Counted from the stretch's first letter, positions 1-11,411 are shown. The stretch is DNA of 64,000 nucleotides from an uncultured delta proteobacterium (GCA_963848295.1 CAWKDB010000010.1:4800001-4864000); one strand, 5' to 3'. Translations and numbers: made by a program. Notes: generated from the sequence alone by a model not told the origin.

Positions 1-230
1 ATCGAGCTCATGGCGCCATTAGTGTGCACCGATCGTGCCCGTTGGAGGGGTATAGCGACCTTCATCATCACTTAAGACTCCGAGACTCCCCGGGTTTGGC
101 CCCGGGAAGATCGCGCCAGGCCACGGCGGTTTTGCAGCCCCGCAGGGTGGCGTTGCAACTTGACAGTGCCGCCGCTGCCGAATTAACAGAACACGAGCGT
201 TTTTGAGCCCCTAGTGGGCCGGGACAGCGA

Positions 231-1170
<940 letters not shown>

Positions 1171-1184
<14 letters not shown>

Positions 1185-1896
1185 CATCATCTATCGCCGC
1201 GAAATCGGCGCGTATCTGCGCCAACCGATCGGCTGGATCATCGCGGCGGTGATCCTGCTCGCCGACGGCATCTTCTTCCAAGCGTGGGCGATGCAAGGCC
1301 AGCTGCTGTCCGCGCAGGTGCTCGAGCGGTTCTTCTTCTTGTCGAGCTTCCTGTTCGGGACCGCGGGCATCTTACTGTCGTTCCGGCTGATCGCCGAGGA
1401 GCGAGCGAATCACTCGCTGGTGCTGCTCAACACGTCGCCGGTGCGCGACAGCGAGATCGTGATCGGCAAGTTCCTCGCCGCGCTCACGTTCATCACGGTG
1501 ATGCTGGTGCTCTCGCTGTACATGCCGTTCGCGATCAAGTCGGCGGGCAAGGTCACCGCGGCCCAGATCTTCGTCGGCTACCTCGGGCTGTTCTTGTTCA
1601 GCGCGCTCGGCCTCGCGATCGGCATCTTCGCCTCGTCGCTGACCAAGTCGCTGCTGATCGCGCTGCTCGTCGCCGCGTTCATCATGGTCGTGCTCGGCAA
1701 CGTCTATCAGCTCGCGATGCGGCTCGACTCGCCGGTCAAAGAAGTCGCGGAGCAGATCGACACGTGGTGGCAACGGTTCCAGAACGGGTTCGAACGCGGC
1801 TTGTTGAACCTCAAGGACGTCGTCGCGTATGTCGCGATGATCTACTTCTTCCTCTTGCTCGCCGTTAAGACGTTGGAGGCGAAGCGATGGCAATGA
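1171..1896 (+). CDS. ABC-2 type permease (GldF-like)
   Basis: ~6 hydrophobic helices, AEER...LLNTSPVRDSEIVIGKFLA motif; overlaps the ATPase gene. Confidence 0.9.
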
Positions 1897-4019
1897 GAAC
1901 TGCATCCCCGTGGTGGACCTCGCTCGTGTTCGGGCTGGGTCTGCTGTTCATCATGGTTGGCGAACGCCTGTTCGGTCATCTCGACGGCGTGCGCATGTTC
2001 TTCACCGGCCTCGGCCTCGCCGGCGTGCTCGGCGCCACCGCCTTGCGCGGTTGGACGATGTCCGCGAGCAAAGGCGCTCGCCGCAAGGTCGAAGCGACGC
2101 TGCTGCTGTTTCAGGCCGGCGGCATCCTCGCGCTCATCCTCTATGCGCTGACGACCCGCTGGGGCATCGAGCATCTCGGGCTGTCCGCCAAGGGTGCCGC
2201 GAAGTTCATCACCGTCGTCACGGTGCTGTGGTCGATCGAGCTGCTGTGCTCGCTCATCCCGCTGTTCATGATCGAGATGTCGCTCGGCATCGCGCGCCGC
2301 ACGGGCATCGACGTCGCGAAGGGCAACGACGACGAAGGCGTCGAGCTGCTGCGCGTTCGCGACATCGGCTGGTCGGGCCTCACGCTCGGCCTCGCCGCGT
2401 CGTTCTTGATGGTGACGTGCAACGTCGCGAACGAGCGCAACATCCAGAAGGACGTCAGCTACTTCAAGACGTCGTCCCCGGGTGAGTCGAGCATCAACAT
2501 CGCGAGCGCTTCGTCCGAGCCGCTCAAGGTCGTGTTGTTCTTCCCGGACCCGAACGAGGTCAAGGATCAGGTCAAGGCGTACTTCGAGGAGCTCGCCTCC
2601 GCGTCCGGCAAGATCACGATCGAGGAGCACGATCGTTACGTCGATGCCGAGCTGGCCGCGCACTACAAGATCCCGCAGAAGGATCCCGACAAGAACGGCG
2701 TGATCGTGATCGCGCGAGGCGAGGGTGCCGACGAGAAGTCGCAGACCCTCGAGCTCGACGCGAACTTCGAGACCGCGCGCCGCGCGACCAACACGAAGAA
2801 CCTGCGCACGCTCGACCGCGAGGTCAACACGATGCTGCTCAAGCTCGTGCGCGAGAGGCGCAAGGTCTACTTGACGGTCGGCCACGGCGAGCTCAACGAT
2901 CGCGAGTCGCTGCCCGCCGATCTCAAGGAGAAGGTGCTCGATCATCCGGCGACCCTGCTCAAGAAACGGCTCGGCGAGCTCAACTACGAGGTCAAAGACC
3001 TCGGCCTGATGGACATGTCGAAGGACGTGCCTGATGACGCCGCGGCCGTGCTGATGCTCGCCCCGGTGCTGCCGCTCGCCGATATCGAGTGGGCGGCGCT
3101 CTCGCGCTACATCGATCACGGCGGTCGCGTGCTGATCGCGCTCGACCCGCGCGCCGATCCGAACGGCATCGGCCCGCTCGAGGGCAAGCTCGGGGTCAAG
3201 TTCAACCCGGCCCCGCTCACCGACGATCACGCCTACCGGCCGACCCGCGGCAACCTCGCCGATCGCCGGCTCTTCGTGCTGACCAACCAGTTCTCGGCCC
3301 ACGCGTCGATGACTGGCCTGTCGCGCACCGCGGACAAGCGCGGTCTGTTGCTGATCGACGCCGGCACGCTCGAGGATGTGCCGTTCACCGACACCAAGAA
3401 CGCGCCGAAGAAGACCGTGATCTTGCGGTCCATGGACTCGAGCTGGATCGACGTCGAGGATGCCGACGACGAGCGTCGCTTCGGAGTGGAGACCCACTTC
3501 AAGTTCGATCCGAACAAGGAGAAGCGCCAGCGCTACACGCTCGGCGTCGCGATCGAGGGCCCGAAGGTGGCCAAGACGCCCGAAGAGATCGCGGCCGACA
3601 CCGAGAAAGCCGAGAAGGCCGCCGCGAAGGCGGTCGCCGCGGCGAAGACGGACAAGGAAAAAGAAAGGGCCGCCAAGCCCAAGCCAGTCGCGAAGGAGAA
3701 GGACGGGTTCCGCGTCCTCGTGTTCTCGGACGTCGACTTATTCGGCGACTTGATCATCTCGAACGCCGTCGGCATGCGTCAGATGCAGATCGTGTCTGAC
3801 CCGCTGCTCGACGATGCGATGAAGTGGCTGGTCGGTGACGAAGCGTTGACCGGCGATGTTCAGATCGAAGATGACGTCCCGATCGATCACACCAAGAACC
3901 AAGACGCGTTCTGGTTCGCGCTGACGATCTTCGGCGCGCCCCTCGCGATCGTGGCGTTCGGTTTGATCGGCACGTGGTTGCGCCGCCGGCGCACTCGCAA
4001 GCTCGAGGTGAAGTCATGA
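1893..4019 (+). CDS. GldG-family ABC-transporter auxiliary membrane protein
   Basis: N-terminal TMs, VYLTVGHGE motif, VPDDA..LMLAP..GGRVLIALDP, C-terminal TM plus RRRR; ATGA overlap with the permease stop. Confidence 0.8.
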   Translation: MRTASPWWTSLVFGLGLLFIMVGERLFGHLDGVRMFFTGLGLAGVLGATALRGWTMSASKGARRKVEATLLLFQAGGILALILYALTTRWGIEHLGLSAKGAAKFITVVTVLWSIELLCSLIPLFMIEMSLGIARRTGIDVAKGNDDEGVELLRVRDIGWSGLTLGLAASFLMVTCNVANERNIQKDVSYFKTSSPGESSINIASASSEPLKVVLFFPDPNEVKDQVKAYFEELASASGKITIEEHDRYVDAELAAHYKIPQKDPDKNGVIVIARGEGADEKSQTLELDANFETARRATNTKNLRTLDREVNTMLLKLVRERRKVYLTVGHGELNDRESLPADLKEKVLDHPATLLKKRLGELNYEVKDLGLMDMSKDVPDDAAAVLMLAPVLPLADIEWAALSRYIDHGGRVLIALDPRADPNGIGPLEGKLGVKFNPAPLTDDHAYRPTRGNLADRRLFVLTNQFSAHASMTGLSRTADKRGLLLIDAGTLEDVPFTDTKNAPKKTVILRSMDSSWIDVEDADDERRFGVETHFKFDPNKEKRQRYTLGVAIEGPKVAKTPEEIAADTEKAEKAAAKAVAAAKTDKEKERAAKPKPVAKEKDGFRVLVFSDVDLFGDLIISNAVGMRQMQIVSDPLLDDAMKWLVGDEALTGDVQIEDDVPIDHTKNQDAFWFALTIFGAPLAIVAFGLIGTWLRRRRTRKLEVKS

Positions 4020-5452
4020 GAGGCGCATTGATCCACGGCGTTCTGCTCGCCGTCATGTTGGTCTACGGCTACCGCACGTGGACGCGCGATACCTCGACGA
4101 AGCCGACGATCGGCACCGTCGTGTTGTGGGACCGTCCCGAGAGCGACATCCTGTCGATCGAGTACAAGACCGACAAGAGGGAAGTGAAGATCGAGCACAA
4201 GGGCACCGGTGCCGATGCGTACTGGTGGGGCACCGAGACCACGACGACGACCGAGAAGAAGAAGCCGTCCGATCCGCTGGCGGGCTCGGATGCCGCCGCC
4301 GAGACCGAGGTCAAGAAGGTGAGCGAGTTCCCGCTCGGGGACGCCGCGACCGAGCTGATCACGCGTTACACGGCGGCGCGCGCCCTGCGCGACCTCGGCG
4401 CGTCGAACGAGAAAGAGCTCAAGGAAGACAAGCTCGCCGATTCGAAGTCGAGCCTGACCGTGACGTTCAAGGATGGCGCGCGGACGTTTACCGTCGGCGG
4501 TCCGGTCTATGGTTCGTCCGACAAGTACGCGCTCGATACGAAGTCGAACAAGATCTACATCCTCGCGAAGGAGCTGCTCACCGGGCTCGAAGGTGGCGAG
4601 AGCACGCTGCATCTCGTCGATGCGCGCGGCTTCCCCGTCGATAAGATCGACGAGGTCACGATCACGGCCGGCGATCATTCGCGCGTCGCGCGGCGCGTGA
4701 CGAAGGCGGGCGAGGACGGCAAGCCGGTCAAGACCTGGGGCGACGCCGACACGAAGAAGGCGAACCAGACCATCGCGAACTACATCGAGGCGTCGAACAA
4801 CCTCAAGCCGACCGCGTACGAGTCGGACGTCAAGATGAGCGAGCTCACGCCGATCGTCGCGTTCAGCTATCGCGACGACAAAGGCGGCAAGCTCGGGACG
4901 ATGACGCTGTACCGCCACGAGAAGCCGGGCGTGTTGCCGGAGGGCGCCGAGCTCGATCCGGCGAACCCGCCGAAGGGCGAGCTCGAGTATTTCGTCGTGA
5001 CCGAGAAGTCGCGGGTACCGGGTCTCGTCCGGAAAGACGCGGCGCAGCGCACCGAACAAGATCTCGATGCGGTGTTCACCGCGAAGGCCGACGAGGAGAC
5101 CGGTGCGGGCTCTGGATCTGGCGCGGGCTCTGGCTCGGGCGTCAAGTCACTGGAGCCCAGGGGCAACCCGTTCACCGGGCCGGGTGCGAAGAACGCGCTG
5201 CCGCCGGCTCCACGCACGCCGATCCCGCCGGTCAAGCCGGCAGGGAGCGGCAGCGCGGCTCCCGGTGCGGGCAGCGGCGCTAAGCCGGCGAAGGCTCCGG
5301 CGCCAGGCGCGACACCGGCTGCGGCCCCGGTGAAGATGCAGACGGCTCCGAAGGCGCCGGCTGCGGCCCCGGCGAAGATGCCGGCCGCGGCCCCGGCGAA
5401 GATGCCGGCCGCGGCCCCACCGAAGGCGGCGGGCGCCGGCAGCGCGCACTGA
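4016..5452 (+). CDS. DUF4340-like periplasmic protein with Pro/Ala-rich tail
   Basis: N-terminal TM; usual fourth gene of gldAFG-like loci; ATGA overlap. Confidence 0.7.
   Translation: MRGALIHGVLLAVMLVYGYRTWTRDTSTKPTIGTVVLWDRPESDILSIEYKTDKREVKIEHKGTGADAYWWGTETTTTTEKKKPSDPLAGSDAAAETEVKKVSEFPLGDAATELITRYTAARALRDLGASNEKELKEDKLADSKSSLTVTFKDGARTFTVGGPVYGSSDKYALDTKSNKIYILAKELLTGLEGGESTLHLVDARGFPVDKIDEVTITAGDHSRVARRVTKAGEDGKPVKTWGDADTKKANQTIANYIEASNNLKPTAYESDVKMSELTPIVAFSYRDDKGGKLGTMTLYRHEKPGVLPEGAELDPANPPKGELEYFVVTEKSRVPGLVRKDAAQRTEQDLDAVFTAKADEETGAGSGSGAGSGSGVKSLEPRGNPFTGPGAKNALPPAPRTPIPPVKPAGSGSAAPGAGSGAKPAKAPAPGATPAAAPVKMQTAPKAPAAAPAKMPAAAPAKMPAAAPPKAAGAGSAH
5364..5418 (+). repeat. 24-bp coding tandem repeat (AAPAKMPA)
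   Basis: gcggccccggcgaagatgccggcc twice plus a partial copy. Confidence 0.7.
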
Positions 5453-5570
5453 TTGCCCTTCCCGGACCCCGGGTTAGGCTATCGGAATACAAGCAACCTC
5501 TTCGCCGGTCCAAGGTTCGTATATTGCGGACGAACGTGAAATGGGCCCTGCAAACGCCTGGAGGATCGAG

Positions 5571-6770
5571 ATGACTGCACCTTATCGCAACCTGCTCGTT
5601 GTCGTTGGCGCGTTCGGCTTGATCGGTGCAGGTGCCGCTTTGCGCGGCGGCGGCTCGAGCGCGTACGCCACGCCGGGGCTTCCGACTGATGGCTCGATCG
5701 CGGACGTCGCCGAGCGCGCGTTCGAGAGCGTCGTCGACGTCTCGATCACGATGCCCCAGACGTTCGAGACCAGCTTCGATCCGTTCATGGGCGGTCAGGA
5801 CGAGGCGCCGATGCACGAACGCGCCGAAGGCTCGGGCGTGATCATCACCGCGTCGGGGCGGATCCTCACGAACGCCCACGTCGTCAACAACGCGCAGACC
5901 ATCACGGTCACGCTCAACGACGGCACGAAGCTCGACGCCAAGGTCATCGGCAAAGATAGCCACGCCGATCTCGCGGTCCTCCAGCTCCAGGGCAATGTTC
6001 CGGTGCTCAAGCCGCTGCCGTTCGGCGACTCGTCGACGATGCGGCTCGGCGACATCGTGCTCGCGGTCGGCAATGGCCTCGGGGTCGGCAAATCGGTGTC
6101 GATGGGCATCATCTCGGCCAAGGGCCGGAACAACGTGCACATCGAGGACTACGAGAACTTCCTGCAGACCGATGCCGCGATCAACCAGGGCAACTCGGGT
6201 GGCGCGCTGGTCAACCTCAAGGGCGAGCTGATCGGCGTCAACACCGCGATCGCGTCGAAGAGCGGTGGCGCGAGCGGCATCGGCTTCGCGATCCCCTCGA
6301 ACATGGCGCGGCCGATCATGGAGGCGCTGATCAAGGACGGCAAGGTGACGCGCGGCTATCTCGGCGTCAACGTCATCACCGTGACGCCGGAGCTCGCGCG
6401 CGAAGCGAAGCTCGGCACGACCGTGGGTGTGGCGGTCGCCGCCGTGCAGCCGCGGGGTCCGGGCCAGCTCGCCGGTCTCGAACAGGGCGACGTCATCACG
6501 TCGATCGCGGGCATCGAGACCAAGGAGGGCAGCGTGCTGCGCGACACCGTCGCGAAGCAGAAGCCGGGGACCACGGTCGACGTCGCGCTGATCCATCAGA
6601 ATGGCGCCAAACAGACGATCAAAGTGCGGCTCGGCATCCTGCCGGACGAGACCTCGGCGGAGCAGCTGCAAAGGCAGCAGCAAGAGCAAATGCAGCAGCA
6701 GATGCAGCAGCACATGCAGCACCGGGTGTTGCCGAACGGTGTCCAGCAGTGGCAGTGGCAATCACCGTAG
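5571..6770 (+). CDS. HtrA/DegP-family serine protease with one PDZ domain
   Basis: ILTNAHVV, DLAVL, QTDAAINQGNSGGAL catalytic motifs; RGYLGV PDZ; ggagg upstream. Confidence 0.93.
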   Translation: MTAPYRNLLVVVGAFGLIGAGAALRGGGSSAYATPGLPTDGSIADVAERAFESVVDVSITMPQTFETSFDPFMGGQDEAPMHERAEGSGVIITASGRILTNAHVVNNAQTITVTLNDGTKLDAKVIGKDSHADLAVLQLQGNVPVLKPLPFGDSSTMRLGDIVLAVGNGLGVGKSVSMGIISAKGRNNVHIEDYENFLQTDAAINQGNSGGALVNLKGELIGVNTAIASKSGGASGIGFAIPSNMARPIMEALIKDGKVTRGYLGVNVITVTPELAREAKLGTTVGVAVAAVQPRGPGQLAGLEQGDVITSIAGIETKEGSVLRDTVAKQKPGTTVDVALIHQNGAKQTIKVRLGILPDETSAEQLQRQQQEQMQQQMQQHMQHRVLPNGVQQWQWQSP

Positions 6771-6807
6771 TTCGCGTTCGGCGCCAGCTGCGTTACAGTC
6801 GTAGGGG

Positions 6808-8052
6808 TTGAGGAGGCTGGTTTCGGCGCTGCTTGTCGTGTCTGCGTGCACCTCGCCGCGGACGAGTCGCGTGGTCCAGCCGCTGACCGCCGACGTCAAG
6901 CTCGCGCGCTACACGACGATCCGCGACGACGCGGCGGTGATGGGCGTACACAACGCGGCGCTGCTCGCGGGGATCGCGATCAGCGAGACTGGCCTGGCGC
7001 ATTGCTACTCCGAATCGGCGAGCTCGTGCCCGGGCCCGGCGTCGCCGTCCTGCAGCGGCGATCCGGTGATCGCCGGAGGCGCCGACGGGCCGTGCGCGGA
7101 CATGCAAGGCGGCCTCGGCATGTTCCAGTTCGACGCCGGGACGTACGCCGACACGGTCCAGACCTACGGCACCGCGATCCTGACGCTCGACGGCAACACC
7201 GAACAAGCGGTGTGGTTCGTGATCGACAAGGTCGAGATGGACATCTCCGGGGTCACCGACTGGCTCGGCGCCGCGGCGTGGATGGACGGCGTGCCGCTGA
7301 CCGCCGGCGATCCGGTGATGGAGCAATGGGCGAGCCTGCTCGCGTGTCGCTACAACGGATGCTGTTCGCAAACGCCGACGTGCATCACCCGCGGCGACAA
7401 CTACCGCGACAACGCGATCGCCGCGTACAACGAGATGGGCGCGGCGTTCTGGGCGACCGCGAATCGCTGCGCCGCGGTGCCCGACGACGGCGTGATCGAC
7501 GAGCGCAGCACGTGCTACCTCGCCGGCGGCGATCCTCGCTACTGGCGGCACGAGACGACCGGCTACGGCGGCACGCTCGACTGGACCCTGACGACCGACG
7601 ACGCCGCGCCCTCGAACTTCGCCGAATGGATCATCAAAGGCTCCGGTCGCTACCACCTCGAGGTCAACCTCGACGGCGGGACGTTCGGCCAGTCGAAGTC
7701 GGCGAGCTACGTCGTCCACCACGGCGGCATCGACGACGTGATCGTCATCGATCAATCGGCGAGCACGGGGTGGACCGCGCTCGGCGACTTCGCGTTCACC
7801 GGCAGCGGCGACGAGCACGTGCTGCTCGGCGACGACACCGGCGAGGCCGGCTCGACCAACACGAAGCTGATGTTCGATGCGTTGCGCGCGACCGCGCTCG
7901 ATTCCGGGGGCTCGGACGCGGGTCCTGGCTCGGGCGGCAAGGGCAACGGCTGTGGTTGCGGCGCGGCGGGCGGCGGTGGAGGGCTCGGGGGCGGCGTCGC
8001 GTTCGGCATCGTGATCGCCGGCTTGCGCCGCCGGCGTCAGACCCGCGGTTGA
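6808..8052 (+). CDS. Secreted lysozyme-like/golvesin-like protein with MYXO-CTERM-like anchor
   Basis: Lipobox VSAC; IAISETG, GLGMFQF and RYNG motifs; C-terminal IDQS..GW..LG.F.F..V.L.D..FDALR domain; GCGC-TM-RRRR tail. Confidence 0.65.
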   Translation: MRRLVSALLVVSACTSPRTSRVVQPLTADVKLARYTTIRDDAAVMGVHNAALLAGIAISETGLAHCYSESASSCPGPASPSCSGDPVIAGGADGPCADMQGGLGMFQFDAGTYADTVQTYGTAILTLDGNTEQAVWFVIDKVEMDISGVTDWLGAAAWMDGVPLTAGDPVMEQWASLLACRYNGCCSQTPTCITRGDNYRDNAIAAYNEMGAAFWATANRCAAVPDDGVIDERSTCYLAGGDPRYWRHETTGYGGTLDWTLTTDDAAPSNFAEWIIKGSGRYHLEVNLDGGTFGQSKSASYVVHHGGIDDVIVIDQSASTGWTALGDFAFTGSGDEHVLLGDDTGEAGSTNTKLMFDALRATALDSGGSDAGPGSGGKGNGCGCGAAGGGGGLGGGVAFGIVIAGLRRRRQTRG

Positions 8053-8062
8053 AGCTGGTCGT

Positions 8063-8506
8063 ATGAGTCCCGATCCGATGTTGCTCGCGGTCGCGATCGC
8101 CGCGGCGATCGTCGCGCTCGTGATCGCGCGCTGGCTGCGCGGCGTGCGCGGTTCGTGGCGAGCCAAGCGCCGGGCCAAGCGCGCGCTCGCCGGCGAGGAT
8201 CGCGCGGCGGAGATGCTCGCCCGCGCCGGGTTTCGCGTCGTCGCGCGCCAGGCGCGGATCGCGTGGGTCCCGACGGTCGACGGCGAGCCGGTCGCGATGG
8301 AGCTGTGCGCGGACTATCTCGTCGAGCACGGCGACGAGCGCCTCGTCGCCGAGGTCAAGACCGGGGCCGCGGCACCGAGCGTCGAGACCGCCGCGACCCG
8401 GCGCCAGCTGCTCGAATATCGCGTCGCGTTCGCCGTCGACGGCGTACTGCTCGTGTGTCCCGAGCGCGGCACGATCCATCGGATCGAGTTCCCGGGCCTG
8501 CCATAA
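8063..8506 (+). CDS. PD-(D/E)XK nuclease-like protein (YraN-like) with N-terminal TM
   Basis: GEDRAAEML..GFRVV, ADYLV, VAEVKTG. Confidence 0.6.
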   Translation: MSPDPMLLAVAIAAAIVALVIARWLRGVRGSWRAKRRAKRALAGEDRAAEMLARAGFRVVARQARIAWVPTVDGEPVAMELCADYLVEHGDERLVAEVKTGAAAPSVETAATRRQLLEYRVAFAVDGVLLVCPERGTIHRIEFPGLP

Positions 8507-8544
8507 AACTTGCCCGCGTCGCGCCGGCCACCGAGGCTGGGACG

Positions 8545-8982
8545 GTGAGCTATCTGCACTGCCCGACGTGCAAGCGCGCCTACAACCTGGCCGCGAGCCC
8601 CGCGTGCCCGAGCTGCGGCGCCGCCGCCGGCACGCCCGAGGATCCGACCGACGACATCGTCTCGGCCGCCGAACAACTGGCGCGTGCGCTCGCCCGCGCG
8701 AGTGACGACCAACGCGACGCCGCGGCCGCGCGCCTCGACCGCCGGCGCGACGCGCTGCCGCCCGGTGCCCCGAGCTCGATCGATCAATCGGACGGGCCCC
8801 GGTACGAGGAGCCCGCGGTGTGGCGGTCGGTCCGCTCGCTCGTCGCGCCGCTGCCGAGGCCGGCGCTGATCGCGCCGCCCGCGCTGATCGCACAAGCGGC
8901 GACCGCCGTGCTCGCGCGGATCGCTCCGTTCATCCGCACGGCTCGGCGCGTGCGCGCTCGCTTGATCGCGTTCGCGGCGTAG
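8545..8982 (+). CDS. Hypothetical protein with N-terminal Zn ribbon
   Basis: GTG start; CPTC..CPSC. Confidence 0.5.
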   Translation: MSYLHCPTCKRAYNLAASPACPSCGAAAGTPEDPTDDIVSAAEQLARALARASDDQRDAAAARLDRRRDALPPGAPSSIDQSDGPRYEEPAVWRSVRSLVAPLPRPALIAPPALIAQAATAVLARIAPFIRTARRVRARLIAFAA

Positions 8983-9071
8983 CGACCCGCGCTCATCGGT
9001 CGTTGCGCTGCGGGCAAGAACGACGCGCTGTTTCGCCGCGTGGCCGCGGTCGCGCCGCCGCTGCACCTCGA

Positions 9072-9527
9072 CTAGCGTGGCTCGAGTGCCGCTAGATCGT
9101 TTGCGGTGAGCGGCGGTCCGCTGAGCTTCGGCATCGAGCGAGCGCCAACAAGGATCGCGATGCCGAGCACGGCGCAATAGATGACCGCGCTCCCGTGGAC
9201 CGCGAGCGCGTATGCCACACGCCCGCCGCGCCCACCGACGATCAGAGCATCTGTAAGCGGAATGACCGCGCTGGTCAGGACGAACAGACCGACTGCGCGG
9301 CGCTGTCGCGTCAACAGCAGCACGCACAGGATGATCGCGAGGCCTAGGTCACGTCCCCCTTTCACATAGACCCAAGGGACATCGACGTTCGACGATAACG
9401 GCGCTCCATAACCGCTCGCTGCGGCTACGGGCGCGGTCAGCGCGAACAAGGACAGGAATAGCAAGAACGCTACCAGCACTGCGGTCCCCACGGCGGTGGG
9501 CGACCAAAGTCTCCACGAGGTCATCAT
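9072..9527 (-). CDS. DUF4267-like membrane protein
   Basis: GYG.P, VKGGRDL, IPLTDALIV, HGS; 4 TMs. Confidence 0.7.
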   Translation of the reverse strand: MMTSWRLWSPTAVGTAVLVAFLLFLSLFALTAPVAAASGYGAPLSSNVDVPWVYVKGGRDLGLAIILCVLLLTRQRRAVGLFVLTSAVIPLTDALIVGGRGGRVAYALAVHGSAVIYCAVLGIAILVGARSMPKLSGPPLTANDLAALEPR

Positions 9528-9564
9528 GGTTCGACGACATGCAGATCGAAGACCATAGTCGTCC

Positions 9565-10089
9565 ATGACCACAACAAGTCTCGTCGGAGTCGAGCTCGAG
9601 ACCGGCGGCGTGCTCCTTAAATTCACGGCGACCTCGGTCGAAACCAATGGCGCAGCTCATATCCAGGAGGCGCGCTATCCGCCGCACTCGAGCCCACCGC
9701 CGTTACATCGCCATCCTTCGCAAGACGAGCGCTTCATCGTGGTCGAAGGCGCGTTGAAGTTCCACCTCGGCGACGAAGACCGGATCATCGCGGCGGGCGA
9801 TACGATCGACGTCGCCAGAGGCGTGTTCCACTGCGCATACAACCCACTCGACGCCCAGGCGCTCGCGATCTGGGAGACGCGACCCGCGCTGCGCACCGCC
9901 GAGTTCTTCGTCGCGATGGATAGAGCGACGCGCGGTCGTGGTCGTACTCGCCCTCGGCTGACCGATGCCGCGGCGATCCTGTCCGAGTATCGCGCCGAGT
10001 TCGAGCTCTCGAAGCCGTCGCGCGTCGTGCAGCGGATCATGTTCACGTGTCTCGCGCCGTTCGGCCGCCACGCGCTCCACATCGGCTGA
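9565..10089 (+). CDS. Cupin-domain protein
   Basis: PPLHRHPSQDERF.V.EG...GVFH cupin motif. Confidence 0.85.
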   Translation: MTTTSLVGVELETGGVLLKFTATSVETNGAAHIQEARYPPHSSPPPLHRHPSQDERFIVVEGALKFHLGDEDRIIAAGDTIDVARGVFHCAYNPLDAQALAIWETRPALRTAEFFVAMDRATRGRGRTRPRLTDAAAILSEYRAEFELSKPSRVVQRIMFTCLAPFGRHALHIG

Positions 10090-10179
10090 CCGCCGCCGAC
10101 CCTGCGCTCGAGCAGCCGCGATAAACGCCTACGTCTCCGACGTCCGGTGCTGGATTCGTCTACGCTCGACCGCACGCCC

Positions 10180-10707
10180 ATGACCGGAGACGACATCGCC
10201 GTGCTGCTGGGTTTCCTCGCGGCCTCCATTGCACTGGCCGGCTTCGCTGGGATCGTCACCTCCATCGACCGCAGCGCAGCGGTGGCCTCCAGCGAGGTCA
10301 TCTCGTTTCGGGTGCGCAACCTCGTCACGTCCGCCGTAATGTCGGTGTTGCTGTCGCTGCTGCCGATCGTGCTCGGGGCGCTGGAGCTCTTTCAGTCGAG
10401 CCTGTGGCGGCGATGTTGCGTCGTCTCGGCCGTCGCGATCGGCGCGCTCCTGGTGTCGCTCGTGTCGGCGCGGATCCGCTTGAAGAACGGCAAGGACGCC
10501 GGGCTATCGCGCTCGCTGTTTGCGACGAACATCACGGTCGGTGCGCTCGCGTTCGGCGTGCTGATCGCCGGCGCCTCCGGATCCGTTGCCGGCCGCGGTG
10601 GCTACTTCACCGGCCTGTTCTTCCTGCTGTACCTGATGTGCACGCTGTTCTACCGCATGGTCGCGATGGCCGACGCCGCCGCGAGCCGCGCGGCCAAAAA
10701 GCCATGA
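10180..10707 (+). CDS. Hypothetical membrane protein
   Basis: About 5 hydrophobic segments; IALAGFAGIV motif. Confidence 0.65.
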   Translation: MTGDDIAVLLGFLAASIALAGFAGIVTSIDRSAAVASSEVISFRVRNLVTSAVMSVLLSLLPIVLGALELFQSSLWRRCCVVSAVAIGALLVSLVSARIRLKNGKDAGLSRSLFATNITVGALAFGVLIAGASGSVAGRGGYFTGLFFLLYLMCTLFYRMVAMADAAASRAAKKP

Positions 10708-10738
10708 CGATCGCGTCCTCGGAGCGCCGACGCCGTGC

Positions 10739-11332
10739 CTAGCCGAAATTCTTGTTCGCGAAGCTCCAGTTCACGAGCTTCCAGAACTCCTCGATGTACT
10801 TCGGCCGCGCGTTGCGGAAGTCGATGTAATACGCGTGCTCCCAGACGTCGATCGTCAAGACACAGGTCTTGCCCGATGCGAACGGCGTCTCGGCGTTCGC
10901 CGTGGTCTCGATCGCGAGCGAGCCGTCGCCGCCCTTGACGAGCCAGGCCCAGCCCGAGCCGAACTGCGCCGCCGCGGCGTCGCTGAACTTCTTCTTGAAG
11001 TCGGCGAAGTTGCCGAACGACTTGTCGATCGCGGCCTTGATGTGGCCGGTCGGTTCGCCGCCGGCCTTCGGCGCGAGCGAGTGCCAGTAGAACGTGTGGT
11101 TCCACACCTGCGCCGCGTTGTTGAAGATCTTCTTCTCGCTCGCCTGACCGTTCGTCGCCTTGACGATGTCCTCGAGCGACATCTTCTCGTACTTCGTGCC
11201 GGGGACGAGGGTGTTCAGGTTGTTGACGTAGGCTTGGTGATGCTTGCCGTAGTGGTAGTCGATCGTCTCCGGCGAGATCGTGGGAGACAACGCGTCCTTC
11301 GCGTACGGGAGCTCGGGCAGGGTGAAAGCCAT
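10739..11332 (-). CDS. sodB: Fe superoxide dismutase
   Basis: HYGKHH, NNAAQVWNHTFYW, FGSGWAWL, DVWEHAYY. Confidence 0.96.
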   Translation of the reverse strand: MAFTLPELPYAKDALSPTISPETIDYHYGKHHQAYVNNLNTLVPGTKYEKMSLEDIVKATNGQASEKKIFNNAAQVWNHTFYWHSLAPKAGGEPTGHIKAAIDKSFGNFADFKKKFSDAAAAQFGSGWAWLVKGGDGSLAIETTANAETPFASGKTCVLTIDVWEHAYYIDFRNARPKYIEEFWKLVNWSFANKNFG

Positions 11333-11411
11333 GGTGGGATCCTTTCTTTGTTGCTGCGGTTGTACCGTCGCCGGGCTGCGCCGACGAGCCGGGAGCGGCG
11401 TAAAGTAGGGC

